A stretch of 64,000 bases of DNA from the NCBI RefSeq assembly GCF_003334405.1, contig NZ_QOWM01000018.1; one strand, written 5' to 3'. Shown here in pieces: positions 30,440-40,160 of this stretch. Within the stretch, counting starts at the first letter, position 1. Each line of letters begins with the position of its first letter. Position numbers and translations under genes: made by a program. Source of the DNA: Escherichia coli. GTDB taxonomy: Bacteria; Pseudomonadota; Gammaproteobacteria; Enterobacterales; Enterobacteriaceae. The notes beneath the pieces were generated by a model that was not told where the DNA came from, did no database searches, and saw only the letters and a program-made list of their open reading frames with translations.

Positions 30440-33137
30440 AACCTGGAGAAGGCGGTTCCCAGCGTTTATCCTGCTCCGGCGGAGGCAGTGATGCGTCATC
30501 GTTGCTGTTCGCCGCGATATAATCGCGGTAGTAGCGTTCACTTCCTTCACGGTGATGATCCACGTCCGGTCGCGTAATCCTGTAGTCTTCGTGACCGGTA
30601 CGGCCTGTCACATTATGCCAGGCAACCATTTCAGCAAAGACCTGGTTAAATTGTTTGTCGTTTCCTTCTGGTTCAAAACCCATGCGTGGATCACGCCCGA
30701 ATAATACCGGTGCAATCAAATCCAGTTTATCTGCCAGCGCATTGCGGTCATGGTGATTACGGAAAACAACCCTGTCACCATAATCCGTACAGACAAACTC
30801 TCCCGTCCGACGGTCACGGAAACGAACACTCCCGTTCTTCTGCAGACGGGCCTCGAGATCACCGGTATTACCGTATACCGGCGTTCCGCCCGGTTCACAA
30901 AGCACGACACAGCGGTCTGTCGTCGTTGTGCGTGACTTGTCTTTACGGCGATCGCGATAATCCCAGCCTCTCAGCTGCGATACAGCAGCCCTGTCTCCCT
31001 GAGCAGCCTGAATTTCGACCCACTGACGGTAAGAGGGTGGATACCACTTCCCGTCAGCAATAAGTTTCTGTCGCTCATCCCTGATGTCTTCTTTCAGTCT
31101 GATCAATGCCTGCATTCGCTGAACTTCTGCAATGTGATAATGCAGCTTACGTAATGCCGGATCATCGTACTGCGCACGAATGTGTGACTTCCGCAGACGG
31201 CATGCCTGATGAATTTCCCGACAACGTTCCCCATAACGCAGATCCGGTTTACGCCATTGTTCACGCCATGCCAGATAGCGGGCACGCAGGTCAGCACGGG
31301 CCTCAGCCCTGGCTTCACGTCGCTGCCGGCGCAGCATTGGATCACGTTTACTGCTGACCCCGTACCTGTCACTGACAGCCAGCTCCGGGTTATAGCGATT
31401 TTCAGGTTGCACCCTGTCAAACAAATCTGCTGGGGCACTCACAAAAGGTCCGGCCTGTGGCTCCGCACGCCCCAGTGTCAGATCAGGATGAATGCTGCTG
31501 GCTTTCACCGGCGTTTGCTCATGATTAAAGGCATCAACGACAACAAGCCCGTGATGTTGTTTCTGTAGCATCAGTCCCTGTTGTGCAAACAGCTCATGAC
31601 AACGCTGCCAGGTAAACTCACCCTGTGTGATCATTTCTTCAATCTGAGGGCTACAATGGCTGATGCTGTATCCCCACAGACTTTCTTTGTCAGAAAACAG
31701 TTCGCGTTTGATAGCCCCCTGCGGCCCCGTACCTGTACGCATACGGTGCCATTCTTTATCGGTCGCAGGACAGCTCTCCATACGACGACCACGGAAGCGT
31801 TCTGTTGGCGTAACCTGGCGAAAAATATCTGTTGGTACAGGCTGCCAGCCACCATCGAGTTGATTCACATTGTCGAGCGTCAGCAGTGACCATACGCTGT
31901 CAGCACGAACGGGAGTCTGGTTATGATCATAACCGTCACAGATAACCAGGTGACCATGCTGAACACGCATCCATAATCCCGCTTCAGCCAGTGTGCGGTG
32001 AATAGCCTGGCAGTTTTCCAGCCGTCCTTCCCGTGCCATTTCCGGCAGACGTTCTCCAAGATGACGACAGGCATACTGCTGCAGACTTTCTGTTTCAGCG
32101 ATTTTTTCCGGGCGAACATCAGCTGCAATGAAGTCCGGATTATAGCGTCCTGGTGCTTCCACCTGGCTGAAAATGTCTTTTGGTACTGGCGTGTAGTCAC
32201 CCATTTTTTTCATGAGTTTTTCTGCACACCAGGAAGGGCCAAACGAGTCAAGCTGTACACCTTCCCTGTTGCGATCCCAGCCATCCATCACCAGAAATTT
32301 TCCGTCCATCTGAGACAGGTACAGACCATCTTCAGCAAGACGACGATGCAGGGATAACCAGTCATGTACAGGTTCACTGCGTAAACCAGCTACCGCTGTC
32401 TGCGCAACATACTCGCGAAAAGTTTGTTTTCTCCCGCGTGTCCACGCGTTCTGGCGATCACGTTCAACGGCGGTTTTGCGAACGATACGATTTCCCGGTG
32501 CATGGACCCAGCAACCGTTATCCGGAGCAAAACCATGCTTCAGTTCAAGCTCACGGCAGGCACGACTGAGTTTTTCCTGACTCCAGGATAACCGGTTCAG
32601 ATAACCCGTTTCAGGGTGTACCCGGTTAACAGCCACATGGGCGTGCAGATTATCTGTATCAGTATGCACGGCAGAGACATACTGATGGTCGGCAAGGCCG
32701 AGTGATTTCAGCGTATGACGTACACTGTCATAAATCTGTTCCGGACGCGGGCTTTCATGTGACTGCCAGGAAAGGATGTAGTGAAAAACAGGATCAGTGT
32801 CATCTTTTGCATAGTGTGCCTGCCGGGCAATGTACTCCATATCTGCAGCGGCAGTTTCAAGAGAAGTACAGTTATGAAAGCAGGTGACACCATAAAAGTT
32901 GACCCATTCGCAGCCGTCCTTCATGACATCAACCAGCGCCACGAATGACTCATTTCGAAGACGTGTCGCATAATCAACAAGGCGACTGAAACGGCTTCGG
33001 TGCGGTTGTTCAGCCTGCGAAGAAGAAGATAAATCCAGTTCCTCATCGGTCATGTCATCCCGGACAGAGACGTAGGATACCAGGTCTTCGAACGAAGACT
33101 TGCCGTCCCTTCTCTTTTTCGGAATGACTGCATTCAC
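30438..33137 (-). CDS. nikB: Relaxase NikB (MOBP-type)
   Basis: 899 aa; conserved relaxase histidine cluster (HAHVAVN-like); immediately downstream of nikA and oriT. Confidence 0.85.
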   Translation of the reverse strand: MNAVIPKKRRDGKSSFEDLVSYVSVRDDMTDEELDLSSSSQAEQPHRSRFSRLVDYATRLRNESFVALVDVMKDGCEWVNFYGVTCFHNCTSLETAAADMEYIARQAHYAKDDTDPVFHYILSWQSHESPRPEQIYDSVRHTLKSLGLADHQYVSAVHTDTDNLHAHVAVNRVHPETGYLNRLSWSQEKLSRACRELELKHGFAPDNGCWVHAPGNRIVRKTAVERDRQNAWTRGRKQTFREYVAQTAVAGLRSEPVHDWLSLHRRLAEDGLYLSQMDGKFLVMDGWDRNREGVQLDSFGPSWCAEKLMKKMGDYTPVPKDIFSQVEAPGRYNPDFIAADVRPEKIAETESLQQYACRHLGERLPEMAREGRLENCQAIHRTLAEAGLWMRVQHGHLVICDGYDHNQTPVRADSVWSLLTLDNVNQLDGGWQPVPTDIFRQVTPTERFRGRRMESCPATDKEWHRMRTGTGPQGAIKRELFSDKESLWGYSISHCSPQIEEMITQGEFTWQRCHELFAQQGLMLQKQHHGLVVVDAFNHEQTPVKASSIHPDLTLGRAEPQAGPFVSAPADLFDRVQPENRYNPELAVSDRYGVSSKRDPMLRRQRREARAEARADLRARYLAWREQWRKPDLRYGERCREIHQACRLRKSHIRAQYDDPALRKLHYHIAEVQRMQALIRLKEDIRDERQKLIADGKWYPPSYRQWVEIQAAQGDRAAVSQLRGWDYRDRRKDKSRTTTTDRCVVLCEPGGTPVYGNTGDLEARLQKNGSVRFRDRRTGEFVCTDYGDRVVFRNHHDRNALADKLDLIAPVLFGRDPRMGFEPEGNDKQFNQVFAEMVAWHNVTGRTGHEDYRITRPDVDHHREGSERYYRDYIAANSNDDASLPPPEQDKRWEPPSPG

Positions 33138-33147
33138 CGGAGAATCC

Positions 33148-33528
33148 TCAACCTTCCATTAACTGTTTACGCAATGTATTTGTAAGTTCGGTTATGGCAA
33201 CAAGCACTTCTGCGTATTCCTTGTCACCGGTTCTTTTTCCCTGAACAAACAGATGCTTCTGCATCCTTCCCAGTCTCATTAACTCCTTCAGAAAAGCATC
33301 ATCTGTACGGGAGTTAATTCGCTTATTCAGTGCTGCATTTCGGATGTAAGCAGATACAGTAAGTCCGGAATCTTCAGCTTTTTTCCTGATGGTTTCATCC
33401 TCAACAGGAGAGAATCTGAGTGTCCTGACAACTGTCTTTTGCCGTACCTCACTTTTCTTTCTTACCGCACTATCACTCACTTCAGGCTCCTTACGGGGTG
33501 TCGGGGCGAAGCCCTGACCAGATGGCAA
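33148..33528 (-). CDS. nikA: Relaxosome accessory protein NikA (ribbon-helix-helix)
   Basis: Small basic protein directly upstream of nikB and adjacent to the oriT inverted repeat; true start may be internal. Confidence 0.75.
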   Translation of the reverse strand: MPSGQGFAPTPRKEPEVSDSAVRKKSEVRQKTVVRTLRFSPVEDETIRKKAEDSGLTVSAYIRNAALNKRINSRTDDAFLKELMRLGRMQKHLFVQGKRTGDKEYAEVLVAITELTNTLRKQLMEG

Positions 33529-33585
33529 TTGTAATAGCGTCGCGTGTGACGGTATTACAATTGCACATCCTGTCCCGTTTTTCAG
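33495..33585. other. oriT: Origin of transfer (oriT), R64 type
   Basis: Imperfect inverted repeat AATTGTAATAGCGTC/GACGGTATTACAATT at 33527-33562 followed by the nick-region sequence TGCACATCCTGTCCCG; lies between nikA and the leading region. Confidence 0.8.
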
Positions 33586-33707
33586 GCCATTATAGCCTGT
33601 TATTTTTGTGCATCATAGTCTTATGCAGACGGCAGAGGCAGGGCGCAGCCCTGCCAGGAGGCAGTTTTTGATGATAAAATCAGACTTCAACATGAAACGG
33701 AGAGAAA

Positions 33708-34049
33708 GTGCCAATGGCTTCTAAAAAATTTTACTCAGATGATGACATCCAGCTGGCAAAAGCTGCCTTATCGGAATTGCCGGACCTCACCGCTCAACGG
33801 AAAACATTGCGTGATTTTCTTGATGCCATTCGTGATGACATCATTGTCCTGGTAAGGACAAAGGGTTATACACTGGCAGATGTTCGTGACACGCTCAAAA
33901 ATGCAGGGTATGAAGTAGGAGAGAAGGCACTTCGTGACATTATTCGGGAAGCAGAATCGAAAAAACCATCCCGCCGTTCTTCCTCTAAAACAGCACCTAA
34001 AAAGACAGATTCAGCCAGGAAAGATGGCATCGATATGAACAACAATTGA
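33708..34049 (+). CDS. Hypothetical basic protein next to oriT
   Basis: 113-aa ORF, lysine/arginine/serine-rich C-terminus; no recognised domain. Confidence 0.3.
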   Translation: MPMASKKFYSDDDIQLAKAALSELPDLTAQRKTLRDFLDAIRDDIIVLVRTKGYTLADVRDTLKNAGYEVGEKALRDIIREAESKKPSRRSSSKTAPKKTDSARKDGIDMNNN

Positions 34050-34134
34050 TGTGACAATGTCACATCATGTTCTGAGATTATGATGATTACAGAAAAAAAA
34101 GCCCCGGTATAAATACCAGGGCTTTTCTGTTTAA

Positions 34135-34986
34135 TCAGACTCGTGGCGGCAATGAACCAGGATAATGCCGTGCAATAATATCATTCAGTTTTTCAACAAG
34201 GTCAGGACGCTTAAAGACAATGTGTACGGTCCCTTTCTGGTAGCCACGCACCGTAAAATATTCCCCTTCTAACAGCTTACCGACATTGTCGCCGTTCCCG
34301 AGAAATTCACCATACTGCGCCCCGATGCTGCTCCGGAAGTCAGGAACGTTGCGCCCCTCCAGCAGATAAAACGGACGTACCAGGTCATCCAGTGCCTCTC
34401 GTCCGCTGCAGTCCAGCGTCACACGCCCGTTACTCCAGCGGTACAGCAGGTTTTCAATAATGATTTTCTTGCCCAGACGGCATGGATTGTTGGTTCTGTA
34501 ATCCCATGACAGTTTCCTGTAGACATCAATCAGTCCCTGTTCAAATGTCTGCATCTTACTGGCATTCAGATGGCGAAAAGTTGCCAGCACATTGTCCAGG
34601 GTGATTTCAGGACAGGTGTCGCTCATCAGCTGGCTGTTCCACTCATCACGCTGGCATGAACTCATGAAGGTGTACATCCCCGTATCCGTCATCAGGCGGT
34701 CCCAGATTTTACGGTCGGCAAGACGGGTGATATTCCTTTTCACTTCTTCCGGTTTATCCATGCACCGAATGGAGTCGGTCACGCAGTCTTCAAAACCGTA
34801 AAGAAAAATATCACCTGACGCATCAAGCAGAATCCTGCGCGCTGTCGCCAGGCATTCCATCGCCTGCATGAACAGTGCAATACCTTCGTTACGCTGCGCG
34901 ATGATGCGGTCGATGGCCACAGACGGAATAACATCTGTCGTGCCGGCAGTATTCAGGTCAGCAGTGGGTAAAGTCTGATTCATCAC
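34135..34986 (-). CDS. Leading-region hypothetical protein (first large gene after oriT)
   Basis: 283-aa ORF immediately downstream of ssi repeat copy A; no recognised domain. Confidence 0.4.
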   Translation of the reverse strand: MMNQTLPTADLNTAGTTDVIPSVAIDRIIAQRNEGIALFMQAMECLATARRILLDASGDIFLYGFEDCVTDSIRCMDKPEEVKRNITRLADRKIWDRLMTDTGMYTFMSSCQRDEWNSQLMSDTCPEITLDNVLATFRHLNASKMQTFEQGLIDVYRKLSWDYRTNNPCRLGKKIIIENLLYRWSNGRVTLDCSGREALDDLVRPFYLLEGRNVPDFRSSIGAQYGEFLGNGDNVGKLLEGEYFTVRGYQKGTVHIVFKRPDLVEKLNDIIARHYPGSLPPRV

Positions 34987-35023
34987 ATTGTCTCCTCATC
35001 GTCACGACTGCCGGGTCAGCCAG

Positions 35024-35440
35024 GTCATCTCCCGGAGGAGCGAAGCTCCTTCTGCCGTCCGGGTCTTCGGGGATTTCCCCGCAGTGGACCTTTCCGACGG
35101 GGGACGCTCACCACGTCACGGGGCAGTTGTCCGGGGGCAGACGCAAAAGTTTTTGACGCCTGCGGCAAAAAGTTTTGTGGCTGGTACATCTCTCCCCTGG
35201 ATGACTGAAACGGGATGTGGTCGTGTATGTACCCCCGGAAAGTCCGTCTGCGGAGAACGGGCCGCAGGGCGGCGGCAGGCAGGCAGAGAGAACTGCGCCA
35301 TCAGGCGCAGTGGCCTTACACACCGTAAGGTGTGCAGGGAGCGCCGCATCCGGCGCGACCGGAGAAAACCGACGGCACAACAACGGCATGCGGTGGTCAC
35401 TGGTACACCACTCCCGCACAGGTGAAAACAGAGAAAACCG
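35024..35440. repeat. Frpo/ssi-like GC-rich repeat, copy A (family 1)
   Basis: Shares a conserved core (CGGAGGAGCGAAGCTCCTTCTGCCGTCC ... CCGCAGTGGACCTTTCCGA ... CGCAAAAGTTTTTG) with copies at 37890 and 44236. Confidence 0.55.
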
Positions 35441-35456
35441 CACGACATCTACAACT

Positions 35457-35550
35457 AAAAAAAGTGAAATTTCTTCACTTTTTTACACTTATTTATTGCG
35501 TTGATTTGGTGATTGTGATGATAAAATAAAGTGAAGTTTTTTCACTTTTT
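35457..35550. promoter_or_regulatory. Two palindromic operator-like sites AAGTGAA-N5-TTCACTT flanking a promoter-like region
   Basis: Palindromes at 35462-35480 and 35529-35547; TTGATT and TGATAA hexamers between; AAGGTG SD before ATG 35563. Confidence 0.4.
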
Positions 35551-35562
35551 CAAAGGTGTTTT

Positions 35563-35814
35563 ATGACCGGCTGGGAACTGCGAATCTGGCGAAAAAGCAT
35601 GCTCTGGTCACGCGAAAAAGCGGCCAGAGAATTTGGCGTGACACAGAGAACATGGCACGCCTGGGAAAATGCGGATCAGGTGGATGTCACCGTCTGGAGG
35701 ACCACCCAGGCACTTTCAGTCCGTGACCTGCTGCCTCACATGCAGGGGATGCGCAAGGCAGATATCATCAGGCGTCTGGAAAATGAACTGGGGGAAACGG
35801 CAGAGGATGTGTGA
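35563..35814 (+). CDS. Small XRE-like helix-turn-helix regulator
   Basis: 83 aa; HTH-like segment SREKAAREFGVTQRTWHAWE. Confidence 0.45.
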   Translation: MTGWELRIWRKSMLWSREKAAREFGVTQRTWHAWENADQVDVTVWRTTQALSVRDLLPHMQGMRKADIIRRLENELGETAEDV

Positions 35815-35844
35815 GCGTGATTCACAGCCTGGCTGAATGCCAGG

Positions 35845-36066
35845 CTACTGCTCATCAGGAAACAGTTTTTTCAGTTCTTCACCGGAAAGTCCGGTCGCCT
35901 CCTGAATCCGTTCCGGCGGCCAGCCCATATCCCGCAGCCGGCAGGCTATTTCCCGCGCCACTTCAAGAGCGCCTTTTTGAATAAGACGTTCTGCAATCGT
36001 CATGCTGTTTGCTCTGCTCCTGCTGGCAAAAAAGCCCGGGATTTTGCCGGGCTTTGCGGTTCTCAT
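35845..36066 (-). CDS. Small protein homologous to the C-terminal tail of the upstream Rpn nuclease
   Basis: Start ATG overlaps Rpn stop (TAATG); MTIAERLIQKG...IACRL...ATGLSGEELKK parallels Rpn tail MTIAERLEQKG...IACQL...ATGLSDDELKK. Confidence 0.5.
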   Translation of the reverse strand: MRTAKPGKIPGFFASRSRANSMTIAERLIQKGALEVAREIACRLRDMGWPPERIQEATGLSGEELKKLFPDEQ

Positions 36067-36980
36067 TAGTGAGTTATTTTCTTCAGTTCGTCATCGGAAA
36101 GTCCGGTAGCCTGCTTAATCTGCTCCGGCGTCATCCCCATTTTCTGAAGCTGGCACGCAATAGCCAGGGCTTTTTCAAGCGCTCCTTCCATGCGTCCTTC
36201 CATCCTGCCTTCCTGGCGACCTTTTTGCTCAAGACGTTCTGCGATAGTCATCAGTTTATCCTCATGCTGCGGCAGACGCTCAGCCAGCGCCCGCATAAAT
36301 TCCGGTGATACAGAGTCCCCTGCGTTAACGATGTAATGAATCAGAACACGCACCTGCTCGTCTGAAATTTCCACCATGACCTGCGGGAGTTTGTCCAGCA
36401 GCTCCATCATGTCACGATGGCGGATATGCTTCATCAGCAGCGTCAGTGCGGCCATCCGGCGATGGTTCATGATTTCATTGTCATCAACGACAGTGATATC
36501 AACCAGCGGAAACGGCTTTGTGTATATTTTAGCCGCAAGTGCCGGATTCTCAAAACAGTCCAGCCAGTTCATGCTGTACGGATACGGGCTGCGCTCACCA
36601 TGATAGAACAGCACCGGAATCACCAGTGGCAACGTTTTGTGCTGCTCCAGATGTCTCTGCATCGCCGCCACACTGTAACGTAACATGCGGAAAGGCATGT
36701 ACAGATTTTCGGTGCTCTGGTGCTCGATGAGCGTATAAACATAGCCATCTTCACCCCCGGTGGTTTTCACGCTCCAGAGGATATCGCTGGCGTACTGATG
36801 CAGGTCCGGCTCAACAAAGGTGGCGGGTTCCAGCTTCAGCGTGGACAGGTCGCACAACTGCCGGTACTCCGCCGGAAGATGCAGTTCCAGAAAATCTCTG
36901 GCGACGTCGGGATTCGCCAGGAACGACCGGAACGCGGCATCGTGCGGCGTGGGCGTTGTGGTGTTTTTCTTCTTACTCAC
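36066..36980 (-). CDS. Rpn family (YhgA-like, PD-(D/E)XK) recombination-promoting nuclease
   Basis: GTG start with AGGAGG SD; N-terminal TPTPHDAAFRSFL motif and overall pattern typical of Rpn/YhgA proteins. Confidence 0.7.
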   Translation of the reverse strand: MSKKKNTTTPTPHDAAFRSFLANPDVARDFLELHLPAEYRQLCDLSTLKLEPATFVEPDLHQYASDILWSVKTTGGEDGYVYTLIEHQSTENLYMPFRMLRYSVAAMQRHLEQHKTLPLVIPVLFYHGERSPYPYSMNWLDCFENPALAAKIYTKPFPLVDITVVDDNEIMNHRRMAALTLLMKHIRHRDMMELLDKLPQVMVEISDEQVRVLIHYIVNAGDSVSPEFMRALAERLPQHEDKLMTIAERLEQKGRQEGRMEGRMEGALEKALAIACQLQKMGMTPEQIKQATGLSDDELKKITH

Positions 36981-37044
36981 GGTTCCTCCTGGTGAGATGT
37001 CTGAACGTATCCTGCCGCCTGCACAGGCAGACGGCAAGGGTTAA

Positions 37045-37311
37045 TCAGTGGCAGACCCGCTCAATTTCAAGCGCGCGGAGCAGGTGGCCCCATTCGCTGA
37101 CTTTCATGGCGGGGATACGCACCCGCTTCTGCTCACTGCAGCGTCTGGCGATATGGCCGCTCATCGCCAGGACGTCCGGGTTAATCTCATCCTGTGCCAG
37201 CTCCTGACGTCTGAAGCGGGTATGGCGGTGCAGGGGTTTATTCTCCCGCAGGCACTCTTCACGCAGACGCTTTACATACTCGGCGGTTGCGAAGATAATT
37301 GATGGTCTCAT
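37045..37311 (-). CDS. Hypothetical protein (88 aa)
   Basis: ORF in the same transcription unit as the upstream 144-aa gene and Rpn; no recognised domain. Confidence 0.3.
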   Translation of the reverse strand: MRPSIIFATAEYVKRLREECLRENKPLHRHTRFRRQELAQDEINPDVLAMSGHIARRCSEQKRVRIPAMKVSEWGHLLRALEIERVCH

Positions 37312-37404
37312 GGCATAATCTCCATAGATAGTGATTGAGATGCCGGACTTCCTGGCGGGGAAGCGCCGGCGGAGAGAGGCAGGGTTTATCGCCCTGCCTC
37401 TTTT

Positions 37405-37839
37405 TCATTTCGGACAGCGACGCAGTGCCAGCGCGAGCGCTTTCATCTTCCAGCCTTCCGGCGTGCGGTACATCACCTTCCAGTAGCCGTCGATGAACAC
37501 ATAATGGAAGCGCACCTCTTCAGTGCTTTCAGTGGCAATAGCTTCCCTGAAAGAACGGTACTCACGCGCCTCACTGTCCATCCGGAAACCACTGTCACGT
37601 CCGTAATAAGCCGTCACACCGTCCACCGGGTTCTGAAGCGTATGCCCGGCGGGTTTGTCGCAACGGGGACCGAGGCAACGGATATCACCGTGTTCAACCA
37701 GGGCTTCGGCCTGCTGACCGGTGGCATAGTGGGTATGCAGGATGCGACCGTTCCAGGTCGGCTCACCGTGCAGGTGGCAGTAAACGGTACGGAACACCCC
37801 GTCGCGGCAAAAAACGGAAATCGTGCTGCTGACAGTCAT
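37405..37839 (-). CDS. Hypothetical Cys/His-rich protein (144 aa), first gene after ssi copy B
   Basis: ORF with SD; no recognised domain. Confidence 0.4.
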   Translation of the reverse strand: MTVSSTISVFCRDGVFRTVYCHLHGEPTWNGRILHTHYATGQQAEALVEHGDIRCLGPRCDKPAGHTLQNPVDGVTAYYGRDSGFRMDSEAREYRSFREAIATESTEEVRFHYVFIDGYWKVMYRTPEGWKMKALALALRRCPK

Positions 37840-37889
37840 GAAAACGTCTCCTTCTGCTGAATCAGGTCGCCGGGCCGACCGGTTGCTCC

Positions 37890-38430
37890 CCGGAGGGGCG
37901 AAAGCCCCTTCTGCCGTCCACTTCTTCGGGGTTTCTCCCCGCAGTGGACCTTTCCGATGGGGCGTCCGTCACCACGTCACGGGGCAGCTGTCCGGGGGCG
38001 GACGCAAAATTTTTTGCCGGGTTTATGGCTAAAAATTTTGTGGACGGTATATCTTCCCCTGGACTGCTGAAACGGGATGTGGTTACTCCAGCCCCCGGAA
38101 AGTCCACAGCGGGAAACAGGCCGCAGGGGTGGCGGCGGAAGGGTTGACTGCGCCATCAGGCGCAGTTGCCTTACACACCGTCAGGTGTGCAGGGAGCGCC
38201 GTTTCCGGCGCGACAGGGGCGGCGCGACCGGAACGGTCGCTGCAAGCCTGGTTTTTCAGACATCGGACCGTAGCGGCAGCCCGAAACCGCGCCAGCGGGT
38301 TCGGCGGAGACTGGCGGGTGCGCCAGCAGCTGCCTGTCGGAGTCGGGCCTGACGACCGGATGCCGCCAGGCAGCCGGGAGCCGAAGGTGTCCCCGCCTCC
38401 GGAAATCAGAACAACAGAAACGACATAACA
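37890..38430. repeat. Frpo/ssi-like GC-rich repeat, copy B (family 1)
   Basis: About 540 bp, near-identical to copy C over most of its length. Confidence 0.55.
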
Positions 38431-38567
38431 GAAAAATGCCTCACACCATGACGGGCAGGAAGGGCAGCGCCGCAGGCGCGGCCCTCCTGCATTTCAGGCA
38501 GGCGTAAGCCTGCCAGGGTTTTCCGGCGGCCTGGCAGGCCATACCCCCGCCGGAGCGGGGGAGTAAA

Positions 38568-39068
38568 TCACCGACGGAACACATGACCGTCAATAAAGGT
38601 GAAGGAGTCCAGGAATAAATCCCGCGCATACGCCTCATAGTCAAAATAGAGCGCCACCGTCTCCGGCACGTCAGCCAGCAGGCCGGTATCACTGGCGAAC
38701 TCAACCGCAAAAGCCTCCTCACTGTCAGCCTCGCCCCACCAGGCATCGCGGAAGGTGTCAAAATCCGTCTCACCGGTATCATCCACCCAGAGACGATAAG
38801 CCTCTTCGCAGCCTTCATCCCGCGCCTGGCGGAAGCCTTCAACCCAGGCCCAGTTGATATGACATTCAGAGGCCATATTCCCCGGGAATCCCTCATAATC
38901 CTGAAACATCAGTTCAGGATCGGCTTCATCCTGGTGAAGAGCACGGCAGGCGGCGAAAAAGTCGCGCTCATCATCAAACGTGGTCAGGTCAAACCAGCGG
39001 CCAGCGATGCTTCCACAGTTGTATTTGTGCCAGGTTCCAACGTATACAGCAGGGGCAACAACAGACAT
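38568..39068 (-). CDS. ardA: Antirestriction protein ArdA (acidic DNA mimic, type I R-M inhibitor)
   Basis: 166 aa from internal Met of track ORF 38568..39473; [34 protein letters not shown] and highly acidic composition. Confidence 0.85.
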   Translation of the reverse strand: MSVVAPAVYVGTWHKYNCGSIAGRWFDLTTFDDERDFFAACRALHQDEADPELMFQDYEGFPGNMASECHINWAWVEGFRQARDEGCEEAYRLWVDDTGETDFDTFRDAWWGEADSEEAFAVEFASDTGLLADVPETVALYFDYEAYARDLFLDSFTFIDGHVFRR

Positions 39069-39096
39069 TCCCGAATCCTCCATAGTCACATGTTCT

Positions 39097-39430
39097 GCGA
39101 CACCGGGCGGTGCCGTGCCTCCATAAAAGCCGGGCGATAAGGCGGGGATGCACAGGGCGCAAGGGAAGCCGCAGCCTGACGCACACGGCTGGCGGGAGTT
39201 GGAGGGTGAGACCGCGAAATCTGAGCGGGTGAACGACCGGAAAATCACGGCAGACGGGAAGGAGGGACCGGGTGACCGCAGCGGCGAAGCGTACCCTTGC
39301 ATCCCTGCCAGCCCGGCTAAGATGGAGGCACGGCACAGCCCGCACACGATACGGCGGCCACAGAGCTGAAAACCCACAAGGCCATGCCCCGCATGGCCGG
39401 GTAAAAGCGGAGCCGCCGGCGACTTCCTTA
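39097..39430. repeat. ~335-bp leader repeat upstream of ardA (family 2), duplicated upstream of klcA
   Basis: Near-identical to 46050-46382. Confidence 0.6.
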
Positions 39431-39530
39431 TTCCGGCGAGTGCAGAGGACACGCCGCATGACCTCCAGACCACCCCTGATATGAAACGATCATGATCGGC
39501 GTGTCCCTGCGTAAAATATACATGCCTGGT

Positions 39531-40160
39531 TCACCGGAGAATATCTGTGATATCCACAAGTTTTCTGTCGCGCAGCCAGTCCTGCGCTTCACGCACCACA
39601 CAACTGTCCGGTTTCACCGCTTTCAGCGATGATGCCAGTCGCTTGATCAACATCACCAGTTCCCGTGTCTGTATGTCCGGCATTGTCTCCGGCGGAGCAG
39701 GGGGACTCTCATTTCCGACGCTCATCCCATGCGCTTCCAGTGTGGCACGGACAAACCAGGCGGCATCGACCAGTTGCTGGCGAATCCAGGCCAGATCGGT
39801 ATTTCTGTCACGGGCTGCCATTCGCTCGCCCGACAGCGCCTTGCTGATATGGCTGCGCACCAGATTATCCAGGAGTGCCTGCGCTTCTTCCGGTGAAAAG
39901 CCACCTGGTATCTCTGTGCGCAACAGCCCTTTCCTGTACAGAAGCTGCAGCAGATCAACCTGCGACCGCACAGCAACTATCAGTACATAACGGACAACAT
40001 TCGCACTGGCAGTGGTTTCTGTATCATTCAGCAGTTCTTCCGAATCGTTCCCCCCGGTGTTGCAGAGCAACGGCAACAGAGGTCGCATCCACGCGGGAAC
40101 CTGGTATTTTTCGTCTGATTTCATCATATTACGTTCTCCAGCTTGTTCGGGATCATCCAC
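39531..40160 (-). CDS. Leading-region hypothetical protein
   Basis: ORF downstream of psiA; no recognised domain. Confidence 0.35.
   Translation of the reverse strand: MDDPEQAGERNMMKSDEKYQVPAWMRPLLPLLCNTGGNDSEELLNDTETTASANVVRYVLIVAVRSQVDLLQLLYRKGLLRTEIPGGFSPEEAQALLDNLVRSHISKALSGERMAARDRNTDLAWIRQQLVDAAWFVRATLEAHGMSVGNESPPAPPETMPDIQTRELVMLIKRLASSLKAVKPDSCVVREAQDWLRDRKLVDITDILR

Noticed and set aside
35108-35448. GC-rich ORFs inside the ssi/leader repeats (35108..35443, 38077..38428, 44226..44702, 39148..39369, 46102..46323, 45994..46599)
   Set aside because: They recur only because the repeat recurs, have Arg/Pro/Ala-rich low-complexity translations and no SD; consistent with non-coding structured DNA.
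36066-37037. Rpn protein as an IS transposase marking an insertion sequence
   Set aside because: No terminal inverted repeats or target duplications; Rpn/YhgA proteins are PD-(D/E)XK nucleases sometimes mislabelled as transposases.
38568-39473. 301-aa version of the ardA ORF
   Set aside because: The N-terminal 135 residues are translation of the GC-rich upstream repeat; ArdA begins at the internal Met (MSVVAPAVY) giving the canonical 166 aa.
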